DNA from: Mytilus californianus
Lineage: Eukaryota
Reading direction: 5' to 3'
DNA length: 64,000 bases
Assembly (NCBI RefSeq): GCF_021869535.1
Contig: NW_026262582.1
Span: 18,662,001 to 18,726,000 of the forward strand
Shown: piece after piece, positions 38,621-52,199 of the stretch
How positions within the stretch are numbered: position 1 is the first letter of the stretch
Layout: every line of letters starts with the position of its first letter
Position numbers and translations under genes: made by a program
The notes under the pieces: model-generated
What the model saw: the letters and a program-made list of their open reading frames with translations, nothing else
Told to the model about the DNA's origin: nothing
Databases searched by the model: none

Positions 38621-39872
38621 TGATTTTCTGGTATTTTTAATTATTGAAGAGATATTTTACAAGTGATGAGTAGAACACTTGAATGAGTTTAAGTACACTA
38701 AAGTCAAGACACCTTTCTTGTGCCGACTTGTAGGTACTATTCAAAGTTCATCAGTTATAATTTCATATTTATATGGCAAAATGCAGTTATCAATTGACTA
38801 TATGAAACAACTGTCATAGTATTTTGTAGATCTTGTCATAAGTTGCACGTCAAAATTGATGGTTGTGCGATCACAGAAAAGGCTAATAAAAAAAATGTTT
38901 AAATGTTTTATAGCTAACAACTCTAACTAACTTTCAGCTATCTTAATCTATACTAATTTGATTTATCACACCAAGGATACTTAAAGTTTACCCTTTTGAG
39001 TCTGCTTTCAGTGTTTTCTCCAAGACATCTACATTAAAAATTCTACTCGTCTGTGTTTTAATTTCAGATTTATCTGCCATATCACACGAAACTATAAAGG
39101 AAAACATTATATATAGATAAACAAATTTAAACATACTACAACATGTCAGAAGTACTCAAAGAAAAACCCACTTATATAACAGTCATTTGCTGTCTTGTTT
39201 ATTTAATTCAAATAATATTCCTTTATGAAGAATTTGTTGAAGATTGTATGCTGACCTTTTAATTATTGTACATATTGTTTTTATCTTTGGTTTGCTGTCT
39301 CACTGACGTATAACCTGCATCTTCTTTTTTCATAGCGCTAAATGTATTTTGACGGTAACAACACTTTTTCACCTTAAATACACCACATAAGGAGATGTGG
39401 TCTGATTGCTAATTAAACAAGTGAACTATCCACAAGTTGCAAATCATTTTACATGTATAGAATAAACTTGTTCAATCCCACCACTTCTTGTGCCTTTAGT
39501 CAGGCTGAGTATCTTGACCTTGTGTTGAAGACGCATTGGAGACCTTGGGCTGTTTTCTGCTCTTTGGTCAGGATGTTGTCTCTTTGACACATTCCCCATT
39601 TCCATTCTCAATTTTATCTTGTTTTGATCGTTGTTGTTTGTCTTTGTGTTAAGGTCTATTTTGTCGGAGGAGTCGGTATTGGTGGTTGATGTGCCCTGTT
39701 TGATTGTTTTATATATTTTTTGTAACTCATGTTATCCTTATCAAATATAAAAGACATATGATTTTATTACCCTACTGATCATGTAAATTAAAAACGAATC
39801 ACAGTCTATAAATATATGATATTGAGATGTTGTCAGTGTGTAGGTTCAGAACAAAACAATCATATATACATA

Positions 39873-40088
39873 CAGGCGCGTAGCCAAGTATTTTTAAGGA
39901 GAGAGATGGAAAGGGGGGAGGAGGAGGAGGGGGGGGGGGGGGGGGGGGGGGGGGGTTCATCGACTCGCGATAACCAAAATCTCAACTTTAATAGTCACAA
40001 TTCAAACAGAACGTTAACTTTAATAGTGCTTATTTGTTTTCAAAGGGGGGTTCGTACGAATTTCTCGAACCACATGGCTACGGGCCTG
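39873..40088. mobile_element. MITE with CAG...CTG termini and a long poly-G tract
   Basis: ACATA|CAGGCGCGTAGCCA ... TGGCTACGGGCCTG|ATATA: 14-bp TIR with one mismatch; same design as 3399-3564. Confidence 0.65.
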
Positions 40089-41899
40089 ATATATGACATT
40101 AAAATATAAATAAAAGGGGATGAGGGATATACGTCGATGATACAGGAGCCCAGTACACAAATAACCTTAAGACCTTTAGAGGTCAATATATAGTCTTCAA
40201 CAATAGACTGATGTATATGAGACAATATCTGAAAAAGTCTAATTTCCATGTTCCAACTTTCACCAGCAATTATATTTTTATTCAGGCATCTTTTTGGAAA
40301 ATTTTAAGTTTCAGTATTAACTAAAGTATATTATGCACCAACTATTACCAATTAAACACTCTTTCTTATATTTCTTCTAATAAAATATTATAATTTAAAT
40401 GTTCAACTCCCCAAAAAATCATGTTGTCCGGGGTTGTTTTCTGACAACAAAATCATTCAAAGAATATCTAAATTAAGTAAACAGGCTTCCGATTTTCACA
40501 AATATGATAGATTATATAGAAAACTTGTCCCTTAATGGTCTGATTTTGTTATAGCTAAAGCATGTGATAAAATCTTACATTTTTAAGGGTCTTTTAAATT
40601 TTGTCCCAAGGGGTAATTTCCCTCCTGTTACCACTGGGTTTTTTCATCTGTGGAAACGTTTGAAAGACCAAGATTTTATTTCTTGTAATGCAATGAGAAG
40701 AGCATCATTTCCTGAACGTATGACTCCATATGTATAGGCAAATAGCAGCCAGTTTGAAAAATCCGAACACACCAAAAATCAGAATTTAGAGAAAAATAAT
40801 TGTGTTGTTCTCTCCTGTTACAGCCTTTTTGTGTACCTTCTGAGAATATTTCATTGTCAGCACTATAACAGTAAATGTGTTTTTATAGTATCTTATTAAA
40901 TTGATATGTAGATGGAAGTAAACATCTACACAATTCGAATAAAAGGACAAAAATTACTGTGTAATTCCTTTCTGTTATATTCTGTCATGTTACCTGATAA
41001 AAAGTAACAGCATAACCATAATAAGTAACAGGAAAGATGTTAAAGACAATTTCACTGATGAATCACAAAGTTAATCTACTATATGTCAAACATTTCATTT
41101 AATATAAGTTATGATCATCATATTAAATAAATCTCAACATAGTATACAGTATATTGAATGAAAAGACAGGTTTTTTACTTTTGATAACAGCAGAAAACAT
41201 TGTGCAATTCTAGTATAGTAGATGGTAACAGAAAGGAATTTATTTTAGAATTTTTCATTACCTAGGCACATTTTTCATCTTGCAAATACAGTTTCAAAAG
41301 ATAAATTATATTGTTTGCTGTTATCTTCCAATTGTGACCAATCTGAAATGATGTATTTTTCTTAAACTATGAAATAAAGCAATTGTTTTGGAAAAAAAAT
41401 CCTTCCTGTTACCAACTCTGTCCTGTTACTTGTCCTGTTACTCAAGATTCTTTCATGTTACCGACATATCGGACTATATTTTAGTATATTTCTTAACCTT
41501 TTGTATTGCAAATGCTAATTTAAAAATAAATAATTGGCATTTGATAAACTATTGCAGGTTATACTAGTAAACCACAAATAGTATCTTAAACTTATTCCTT
41601 ATTCCCATTAGAAACTTTTTAAAATCAATTCACTTTGGTACATGTAACAGGAAAGAACCGGAATTTTTTGTACCATTTTTAAAATTGCCATTGTTACCAC
41701 ATTTAACAAATGTTTGAATTACAGACAACAGTTCCTAGATGTGTGTTCTTCGATTTCTGCTATTTAAATACCCGTTCTAAAGACATTTTTTTTTGGTTTT
41801 CCTATTGCCAAAAAAAATAGACTTTTTCAGATACTGAGACTATCAAAGACCTGTCTTCCATACTCGTCCCTCCAAAAGAAACAACAACAATTGTTTTCA

Positions 41900-42032
41900 G
41901 ATGGTAGATCACTGTTGTTGTGTGATGGTTTAGGTGGTCGGTCACTGTTGTTGTGTGGTGGTTTAAATGGTCGGTCACTGTTGTTATGTGGGGGTTTAGA
42001 TGGTCGGTCACTGTTGTTGTGTGGTGGTTTAG
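41900..42032. repeat. 33-bp tandem repeat, 4 copies
   Basis: CACTGTTGTT at 41910, 41943, 41976, 42009. Confidence 0.85.
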
Positions 42033-42277
42033 AACTTATATTAAGTAATTTAAGACTCTGTTGATCGTCGTTGAAATATTTCTCGTATTTTGTTTTTTAT
42101 ATTATTCATAACTTAAATTTAGGACTGTAAAATCATAATTAGAATATAGTATCAAGAGATGGAAGAGGTTGACCGGTTCATGCTTTATGTTTGAGATACG
42201 ATTTTAAAAGTCATATTTTATTTCTAATATCAATTTCAGTTACTTCTCTATGTAAATTGAAAAGCCTTAAGGATGTA

Positions 42278-43617
42278 TACTAGTCAACAAAAGAAACGAT
42301 ACAACACTTTAAACAAAAACAATATTTTACTGTTTAGTAGAAAACAATAACAAATAGATAAAATATGTTATTTTAAGGTTCTACGTGACACAGTAACAAA
42401 AAACAAAACCGTCCCAGACAGTTCCTGGACCGAATACGGACGGATCAAAGTTATTATCCGGAATTTCAGTTTGCGGAATTTGATAGCGAGTATGAACGCC
42501 ACCCGCAGCTACATGTACCACAGCTTCACACCTACGACGCATATATCCAATCAAAGTCATAATGTTGGCTTGTTGGATATTGTTCCACTCCTGTAGGAGA
42601 GAAAAACGAAAACCTTGTAGCGTTTCCGGTGGACTTTGCCTTTCTCGAACACGTCTGCCAAGTCGATCCCATAAATGTTCTATAGGAGAAAGATCCGGTG
42701 ATAATGCTGGCCACGGGAGAACGCGAATATGGTTTTGTTCAAGATAATCCAAAAAAATCCTTGCCACGTGACATCTAGCGTTATCCTGTTGGAAAACATG
42801 GTTGAAACGGCGTTGTCGAATAAAAGGCAGAACAATAGGGCCAAGAATTTCATCCCTATATCTCAAAGCGTTCAAGTTACCATCAACGATTTTTAACTGT
42901 GTGCGTCCGTTGTAACATATTCCACCCCATTCCATCACACTTCCGCCTCCGAAACGATCCGTTTTAATAATACAAGGGTCTGAAAAACGTTCACTTTGCC
43001 TACGGTATACTCTCATGCGTCCATCACTAAACACGGAGAGCAAACCGGAACTCAGCTGTAAACAGGATATGCTGCCAGGTGTGTAACCTCCAACGTCGTC
43101 TTGCACGAACCCATTCAAGTCCTGCAGCCCCTATGGCGCTGTTTAAAGAGCGGCCCTTTCGGGATACGTCTTGGACGCAGTCCATGCGCTCTGAGTCTTC
43201 GACGAACTGTCTGACCCGAAATTCTGTTGTTGTGACGACCAGGTATTCCTCGGGCCGTATTTCCGCATTTAATGTACAGTAGCGCAAGTGTAAAAGACGT
43301 ATCGCGCAGTGTTGACGTTGTGACGTCTCATTGGGTCTGCCGCTACGTGGTCTATCATTTGTTGAGCTAGTTTGCCTTAGACGAATCGTCAGTCTAGATA
43401 TTTTATTCTTGCTACATGAAAATGATTTGCGACGTCAGCGTGCGTCATCCCAGCTCTGACCATGCCAATAGCTTGTTCACGGTCATTTTTGAAAAAAAGA
43501 ATAAACAGATGCTTTTTGGCGTTGAATACAGAAATAAACTTATACAGAAACTTTAAATTGAAAAATATAAAAATATTGACAACATTAACTTTGTATCGTT
43601 TCTTTTGTTGACTATTA
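42278..43617 (-). mobile_element. Tc1/mariner element, 1.34 kb, decayed
   Basis: TA|TACTAGTCAACAAAAGAAACGATAC ... GTATCGTTTCTTTTGTTGACTATTA|TA (25-bp TIR, one mismatch, TA TSD). Confidence 0.88.
42381..43500 (-). pseudogene. Tc1-type DD34E transposase pseudogene
   Basis: Frameshifted pieces: DREQAIGMVRAGMTHADVA (HTH), DRPRSGRP, HILFTAEFRF (first Asp appears mutated to Ala), GGGSVMEWGGI, FQQDNARCH...WPALSPDLSPIEHLW (D-34-E). Confidence 0.88.
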
Positions 43618-44194
43618 TAAAATTAAAATATCAAAATTGCACTTTATTTTTTAAAACTTTTACTAACACAATTAAAAAAATATTTGTAGAATGTCCAAAT
43701 GAAATTTGCTATGGATAAACAAAGAAGTTAAAAACTTGTCTTTTTCATGATTTTGTTGTGTAATTATAAAGTAGAATGACTTCCTTTAAAGTGCCATCAG
43801 AGATTTGCTTATTTTTGTATTTACATTAGCAAGAATCAGGGTCTCAACTTTATGTCGTTAAATTTATCACATGATCAAAGGCAAAAATGAAAAAAATATT
43901 GTAAATTGTGAATTTCTTCTAATTTTGTATTTATCTGAAGAATTAGCAGTGATTTTTTTTTCGCTTACACCTTAACTCGATATAAAAACAGTGAAAAGTC
44001 ACTGTATTGTCATGAGTAAAACATTAGCGGGACCTGTATGTATTGAAAACAAATTCAAGTTCCCTTTTTGTGAAGCTACTTGTAATACTTGTGACGAAAC
44101 ATAGCAGAAGACGCCGACCCTGTCGACACATGCCGGTTTTTCTCCGTTTGGTGTTCACGCGATCTTCTTGCTTAGCGTTTTCAAAATAAACTTT

Positions 44195-45150
44195 TCATAG
44201 ATACCAGGATTAAAATTGTGTACGCCAGACGAGCGTTTCGTCTACAAAAGACTCATCAGTAACGCTCTAATAAAAAAAGGCCAAAGAAAGTACGAAGTTG
44301 AAGAGCATTGAGGACACAACATTCCGAAAGGTTTTGCCAAATACATGTACAGCTAAGGAGATCCATTCCTGGGGTAGAAAATTCTTAGTATTTCAAAAAT
44401 TCAAAGTTTTGTAAACGGCTAATTTATAATTTTGACTGTATCGATGATAATGCATGTCAACACAGAAGTGCTGACTACTGGGCTGGAATGACTTTTGTTG
44501 ATCGATATATTACCTTTGTTTCTTATTTAAAGTGCAGTCAGCAAACACACATACTGTTTTCAATGTTTGTTGTAAATTTTATTTGATCTATCATTTAATA
44601 TTTTCAATATGAATTGTGTAATGTTATATTATATACATATAATACAGGGAGATGTGTAGGTATATAACAGTTGATTTAAAGATCCGAAAACAAATATATG
44701 ACACTGCATTACTAAGTTACATGCACATATATTATCTTCAATGATCCATTTAAAAGCATAAAGACATGATTTTGTATATAATCATACATTCAATCGGTTG
44801 TTTTATGTAACCGAATATGTTCGTATCTGTAGATAATTTATATGGATGAGGTTGAATATTAACTATTGTAAATAAAGGCAACAGTAGTATACCGCTGTTC
44901 GAAATTCATAAATCGATTGAGAAAAAAAACAACTCCGGGTTACAAACTAAAACTGAGGGAAACACATCAAATATAAGAGGAGAACTACGACACAACAGAA
45001 AGACAACATTAAAATGTAACACACACAGAAACGAACTATAATATAACAATGGCCATTTTCCTGATTTGGTACAGGACATTTTAAGAAAAAAATGGTGGAT
45101 TGAACCTGGTTTTGTGGCTAGCCAAACCTCCCGCTTTTATGGCAATGTTA
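44195..45150. repeat. Cluster of dispersed high-copy repeat fragments
   Basis: TACGCCAGACGAGCGTTTCGTCTACAAAAGAC (~44221) has inverted relatives at ~85-120 and ~15275. Another family (TGTTGAAGGCCGTAC..GTTGTCTCATTGGCAATCATACCACATC) recurs throughout the window. Confidence 0.55.
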
Positions 45151-47995
45151 AATATAACAAGTAAATAACGTTGAAAGTATACCAGTTATATGTCATAGCT
45201 TCCTTTGAATATATTCTGACTTTTTGAAAACTGTGAAGATATCTACATTATTTTAATATCTATATATTAACCATGTCACTGCTATATTGATTATTCTTTC
45301 TTTTGTTACTTACAATATACGTTCTAAGTAGGGAACATGATACGTGGAAAACAAAATAATTACTACAAGATCATTGGTTATATTATTTTCCGTAGCTCCA
45401 AGGAAGTATATAGTTTGTTTTGAAACCAGAAACCAGTAGATTAATTATCTTTCAGTACTATGTACTTGTACTTGTACACGTATTAAGATATTTGTATAGG
45501 ACACCACGCAAACACAAAAAAAAAAGGCATGGACAATTATCAAGGAACGACCATTTGATTTTCGGGGTGGGGGTGATTTTGAAAATGAATATCCTGGCCT
45601 GGTAACCTTGCAGAACACAGGATGAAATTGGTTCTGCAACACCAAATACAGGGAAAAAATGTGTACAAAAGGGAAAGTAGATTTTCGTGCTGCCGTAAAA
45701 AATAAGCATGCGTAGCAACCCCCCTTTTAATAGTACTCTTTACTTGCAGTTGTCGTCACCTAATAGTACTCTTATACTAGTACATATAAGATCATTTCGT
45801 GATATTAAATTTAAAAATTTGATACTTTGAAGATCACTCCGTTTTTGCTTTCTTTTTCTTTTTAAGTTTAACCATCTTGACTAAACTCTTTTTCTTTCTT
45901 TTATTTATAGCACCTTTGATATCTTCCGTAATGTAATGGTACCTTTGTATAGATTAGTTATGTTCTATTTACAACGGTAAAAATGGCCAATTTGATAATT
46001 TTTGTGGATTTCTCGTCAGTTTATTTATACATCAGGTTAGGGTGAAGGTTGGCGCCTGTTAAAACGTTTAAACTCGCTGCATTTTTGTGCACCTGTCCTA
46101 AGTCAGGAACCTGTTTCAGTAGAGTTGTCGTTTGTTGATGATGTTCTTAAGTGTTTCTCGTTTCTCGTTTTTTACATAGATTAAACTGTTGTTTTTTCCA
46201 GTTTGAATTGATTTACATTTGGGGGCCTTTATAGCTTGCTGTTCGTTGGGAGCCAAAGCTCCGTGTTGAAGGCCGTACTTTGACCTATAATTGTTAACTT
46301 TTTACACATTGTGACTTGGATGGATAGTTGTCTCATTGGTACTCATACCACATCTTCTTATATCTATATACATGTAAGTTTATACCATGATAACACTTAT
46401 TCCTTAGTTATGATAACGTTATCAAATCTAGTTTATATAAATAGATAACGAGACAACAGTAGTTTATTATTGCTCTAAAATCAAAACAAAATAACAAATA
46501 AATGGAGACTGCAAATGATGCCCCCGCATGCATATAACGTTATAAAGGGTATAACTCTTATAACTTTTATAACGGTAAAAGTGACGCTGCAGCCAAATTC
46601 GAAATTGGTCTGTATTTTGTAGTAATCAGCATTGTGTATAAGTTTCATAACATTTGTTTGAGGCAAACTACATTTACAGAACGGAAACCAATGTTGGGAC
46701 GGCCGTACGAGCGGACAAGGGTAACACTTAATGCCCCCTTCGGCGACGGCGGGACACAAAAAAACATGACAAAACAAGACGGAACACGTACGAGAATTGT
46801 GTAAAAGAAAATGTAGCTTCTATTTGATGAAAGGGACTGAGACTCGAAAGGGAAATAAAGTCTGTTGTAATGTACCAGTAGAATTATAAACTATATAAAA
46901 ACAAGATGATGTGGTATAATTGCCATTGAAACCACTCTCTGCCAGTTTAACTAGTCCAAATACACAACAAAACAAATAATCTCTATTAGTTACATTGAAT
47001 TTAGTACTATCTACTTGTGTATGTCTCCTAATTTATTTTGAATTTCGAAAACATAATAAAATGGCTTTGTATTATTTTATCATTTGTAAAGATTTTGGTT
47101 TCGTTTGGCTTTCTTATACGACAATTATCAAAGAAAATGTATATACAAATCATATATTTCAATGGCCATTTAAAAAACAAATTCAACTAAAAATCATTCT
47201 TAAATCTGATAACAAAGAAACTAATAATTCAATAAATGTATATCAAATTAACTTTCATTTCTGAACCAAATCAATAAACAAGTAAAGTTTTCTACACAAG
47301 TTCAAGTACTGGATGTTTCGAATACTTACATTACGAACAAATATTCCAAAATTATTAGGCTATTCCGTTTTACACGAAGTAGAATGCATATATTTACATG
47401 TTAGCAGCGATATACATTGCGGGTAGTTTTAAATATACCTTGCTATCTGATATCTGATTTGCATTGAAATGTCTTTACTCGACCAATTGATTGATTTTTA
47501 AATACTTTTTGAAACAGTTCTTTCCTTAGATTTTATTGTTTTACGGAAGGAGTGCATACTACTGCAACATAACAATGAAATGTAGTTTTTCGTTCATTAT
47601 TTTGTACATAAATCAGGCCTTTAGTTTTCTCGTTTGAATTTTTTTACATTTGTCATTTCGGGGCCTATTATAGCTTACTATGCGGTATGGGTTTTACTCA
47701 TTGTTGAAGGCCGTACGGTGACCTATGGTTGTTAATTTCTGTGTCATTTGGTCACTTGTGGAGAGTTGTCTCATTTGCAATCATACCACATCATTCTTCT
47801 TATTTATATATATATATATATACGTGTGTCTTTTTATGTTGTAATGTTACACTACTGTCTCAAGTTAGGGTGAAGGTTGACGCATGTTAAAACGTTTAAA
47901 CCCGCTGCATTTTTATGCACCTATCCTAAGTCAGGAGCCTGTTGTTCAGTGGTTGTCGTTTGTTGGTATGGATCATATGTGTTTCTCGTTTCTCG

Positions 47996-49086
47996 TTTTT
48001 GTCGAGCCTTCGACTTTTGTCGTAAAAGCGAGACATAGCGATCCTACATTCCGTCGGCGTCGTCGGCGTCGTCGTCGTCGTCGTCGTCGGCGGCGGCGGC
48101 GTCCACAAATATTCACTCTGTGGTTAAAGTTTTTCAAATTTTAATAACTTTCTTAAACTATCATGGATTTCTACCAAACTTGGACAGAAGCTTGCTTATG
48201 ATCTTAAGATAATATTCAAAAGTAAATTTTGTAAAAAAAAAATCCATTTTTTCCGTATTTTACTTATAAATGGATTTAGTTTTTCTGCCAGGAAACATTA
48301 CATTCACTCTGTGGTAAAAGTTTTTCAAATTTTATTATTTTTCTTAAACTATCCTGGATTTGTACCAAACTTGGAAAGAAGCTTGTTTATGATCATAAGA
48401 TAATTTTCAAAAGTAAATTTTGTAAAAAAAAAAAAATCCATTTTTTCCGTATTTTACTTATAAATGGACTTAGTTTTTCTGCCAGGAAACATTACATTCA
48501 CTCTGTGGTTAAAGTTTTTGAAATTTTAATAACTTTCTTAAACTATCCAGGATTTCTACCTAACTTGGACAGATGCTTGTTTATGATCATAAGATAGTAT
48601 CCAGAAGTAAATTTTGTAAAAAAAAAAAATCCATTTTTTCTGTATTTTACTTTTAAATTTACTTAGTTTTTCTGTCAGTTAACATTACATTCACTCTGTG
48701 GTTAAAGTTTTTAAAATTTTAACAACTTTCTTAAACTATCCTGGATTTGTACCAAACTTGGACAGAAGCTTGTTTATGATTAAAAGCTAGTATCTAGAAA
48801 GATATTTTGTTAAAATTTTGTTCCATTTTTTCCGTATTTTACTTATAAATGGACTTAGTTTTTCTTCCAGTTAACATTACATACAGTCTGCAGTTTAAGT
48901 TTTTAAAACATTTATTAGATTCATAAACTATCCTGGATTTTTACCAAACTTGGACAGAAGCTACTTACAATCAAAAGATAGTATAGAGAGGAATATTTTT
49001 ATTAATTTTTTCCTCATTTTTGTTGAGCCTGCGATTAACAGCAAAAGTAGGCGAGACACTGGGTTCCGCGGAACCCTTACAAATTT
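47996..49086 (+). mobile_element. Helentron-associated non-autonomous element with (CGT/CGG)n microsatellite and ~193-bp core repeats, nested in a dispersed repeat
   Basis: 5' TTTTGTCGAGCC..hairpin..microsatellite (48052-48101). ATTCACTCTGTGGT recurs at ~48111, 48303, 48496, 48690. 3' palindrome GGGTTCCGCGGAACCC (49061-49076). Flanks rejoin to the repeat seen intact at ~46150-46200. Confidence 0.7.
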
Positions 49087-49312
49087 TATTTATATAGATT
49101 ACACCGTTGGTTTTCCTGTTTGAATTGTTTTACACAATAGTCATTTTGGGGACCTTTATAGCTTGCTGTTTGGTGTGAGCCAAGGCTCTGTGTTGAAGGC
49201 CGTACTTTGACATATAATTGTTAACTTTTTATACATTGTGACTTGGATGGAGAGTTGTCGCATTGGCACTCATACCACATCTTCTTATTTATATTGTATG
49301 TAATGTCAATCC

Positions 49313-49330
49313 AATTGATTGATTGATTAG

Positions 49331-49361
<31 letters not shown>

Positions 49362-49372
49362 ATTGATTGATA
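49313..49372. repeat. (GATT)n microsatellite
   Basis: ttgattgattgattagttgattgatt... read directly. Confidence 0.9.
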
Positions 49373-50068
49373 GTGGGCAATAGATGTTGCAGAAATATCA
49401 AGTTTTGACAAAAATGGCATCATCACAATTCAAACAAACTTTTATAACCGACTATACGGTATGGGTTTTTCTCAATGTTGAAGGCTGTACTGTTGTCTAT
49501 AATTGCTTACATCCACATCATTTGAACTTGGGTGGATAGTCGTCTCATAATTATTTATGAGATTTTGTAAATATAGTTTATTATATTTAGATAATACAAT
49601 TACACGTATATGAAAAAATATCCATTCTTTTAAAAGTGAATATTTTAAGAGTTTAGCTTGAGATAGTTACTAAATCAAGTTCGAAGAATAATGCCATTCT
49701 ACACTCTTGCATCAGTAGCTGTACTTCAGAAGAGATTTCATACAACAACATTATAAAAGAGTACTGGGTTGCACGATCTTTTACAATGCATAGACTATTT
49801 TTTGTACATATCAAAATTCATCAACAAAAAATGAAGAACATTCAAGACTTCACAGGGTGGTATTTATTGACAAATAACATTCAGTTGTAAAATGCATGGG
49901 CACTTTTGAAAATATTTTTGGTAAATGTTGAACGGTCCATTCAACGCAGGTTACCGAATACCGACAGTCATTCATCAAATGAACTTTACAATTTTGTTAT
50001 TGGTATATCAAATGAACTTTACAAATTTGTTATTGGTATTAGAGAATGTACGGCTCTTATGGTGCTGA

Positions 50069-51052
50069 TTTTTGTCTCTCCTGCGACGAAAGTCGCGGAA
50101 AGCGACACATATAGGGATTGCTTTTGCGGCGGCGATGATGATGGCATCAACAATTGCTAAATTTTCTGCTTAAGTTAGTTTGATAGGAACTACTTGTGAT
50201 AGACCAATGATATTTTGTATGAAGTTGCATTACTATCAGTACATATTAGTTTGACGACTATTTTGAGGCACTGCCTCCTAGGTCAGGGTCCAGTGACTTT
50301 GAATTAATTAGCAATTGTCAGTGTTAAGTTTTCTGCTTAAGTTAGTTTGATAGGAACTCCTTGTGATAGATCAATGATATTTTGTAAGAAGTTGCATTAC
50401 TATCAGTACAAATCAGTTTGCTGACTATTTTGAGGCCCTAACCCTCGGTCATGGTGTAGTGACATGAAACTAATTAGCAATTTTCAATGTTAAGTTTTCT
50501 GCTTAAGTTAGTATGGTAGGAAGTACTTGCGATAGATCAATGATATTTTGTATAAAATTGCATTATTGTCAGTACAAATCAGTTTGACGACTATAGTGAG
50601 GCCCTGATCCCTAGATCATGGTCCAGTGAATTTGAATTAGTTACCAATTTTTTATGTTAAGTTTTCTGCTTAAGTTAGTTTGATAGGAACTACTTGTGGT
50701 GAATCAATGATATTTTGTATGAAGTTGCTTTACTATCAGTACATTTTAACATTTTACTATTATAAGGCCCTACCCTCTAGATCATGGTCTGGTGACTTTC
50801 AATTAATAACCAGTTTTCAATATTAAGTTTTCTACTTTAGTTAGTTTGATAGGAACTACTTACAATTGACAATTATATTTTCTATAAAGTAACATTACTG
50901 TTTGTACATCTCAGTTTGTTGACCATTTCGAGGCCCTGCCCACTAGTTCATGGAACAGCGACTTTGAATTAGTTATCAATGTTAATGTCCATTGGATTGT
51001 CTTTTCTGAATTTTATGCCGACAGACGAGACATATCTCCGTGTCAACAGTTT
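50069..51052 (+). mobile_element. Helentron-like element with ~167-bp core repeats (~5 copies)
   Basis: 5' TTTTTGTCTCTCCTGCGACGAAAGTCGCGG hairpin plus GGC/GAT microsatellite; TTTTCTGCTTAAGTTAG at ~50162, 50330, 50496, 50663, 50827. Confidence 0.6.
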
Positions 51053-52199
51053 AATTATGTTCTTTCGTAATCTTATGCTTTTCCACTGATCGCAATTAAA
51101 TAGTACAAAAACTATTTCAACCAGTGTTCCAAGTCAGGAAGAACCTTGCTTGTTTTTGTTATATCGTAATTTTTTGTTTGTTTATGGAATTTGGTATTGT
51201 GTGAATATCTTTGATGGTCTCTGTTTTTTTTTTTACTTCATAGTTAAAATTTGAAAAAAGGGTAATCAATATCTTAACAATTAATTAATTGAATATTGTT
51301 TGCTTAACGTCCAGTTACAAATATTTCATGCATGTTCGGGGCGAGTATATCTTAACGACGACCTACCCATTAAATTATAGAAGGTGGACAATGTTTGCTT
51401 TACCGGCCAGTTACAAATATGTCATGCATGTTAAGGACGAGTACATCTTAACGACGACCTTCCCATTAAATTATAGAAGGCGGACAATGATTCACTGAAC
51501 GTGAAACATTTTCAAATAAAATCTATTGAAATGATCGACCAGGAAGTGCCTGAACAAACATTACATAATTTTTCAACAGCAAAACCGGTATTGAGATTAG
51601 GCAATTGAATTGGAAAGTTTTAAAAAGATTTAATCACTTTTAATTAAAAAGTATATAATGATAAGTAGTGCAAGCTTAGGGTAATTTTCTTTTTAATGAC
51701 GTATATCTATCTGTAACCTCTGCAAGCTTATTATGATGACAAGTAATCTCATTAAATACGTATATCATAATATAATCAAATCTAAAATCTACGGAAGCCA
51801 GTAATTGTCAGAGTGTAATTTTATTTTAAGTCGTTATAACGAGATAGTTAAGTCGTTATAACGAGTTACTTAGTTGTTTTAACGACTTAAAATAAAAAAT
51901 CCACCATGACACAAACCGGCGTCCGTATTACATATGTGATGTTATCGCACCTCGAGTAAATAGTAATGAATCCGTAGGGGGTCAGTAGATTTCATATGGG
52001 GTGTCATGGTGGTGATGTCAGTTGAGATATGCCTCTTGGAATTTTCAGAATATATTGTAAGTGCATTACCCTATCGATTTATATTTCACAAATTAAATAA
52101 TTATTTTGAAGTTGTCCCTCGTTGATCCGCAAAAAAGATCAGTCCTTTATCAACAGTAATCTCCCGTTTCAAACAACATGTGTAGTTACATTTTCGTCT

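Noticed and set aside
47884-48144. Poly-Arg ORF (and poly-Thr ORF on the other strand)
   Set aside because: Translation of the (CGT/CGG)n microsatellite in a Helentron-like element.
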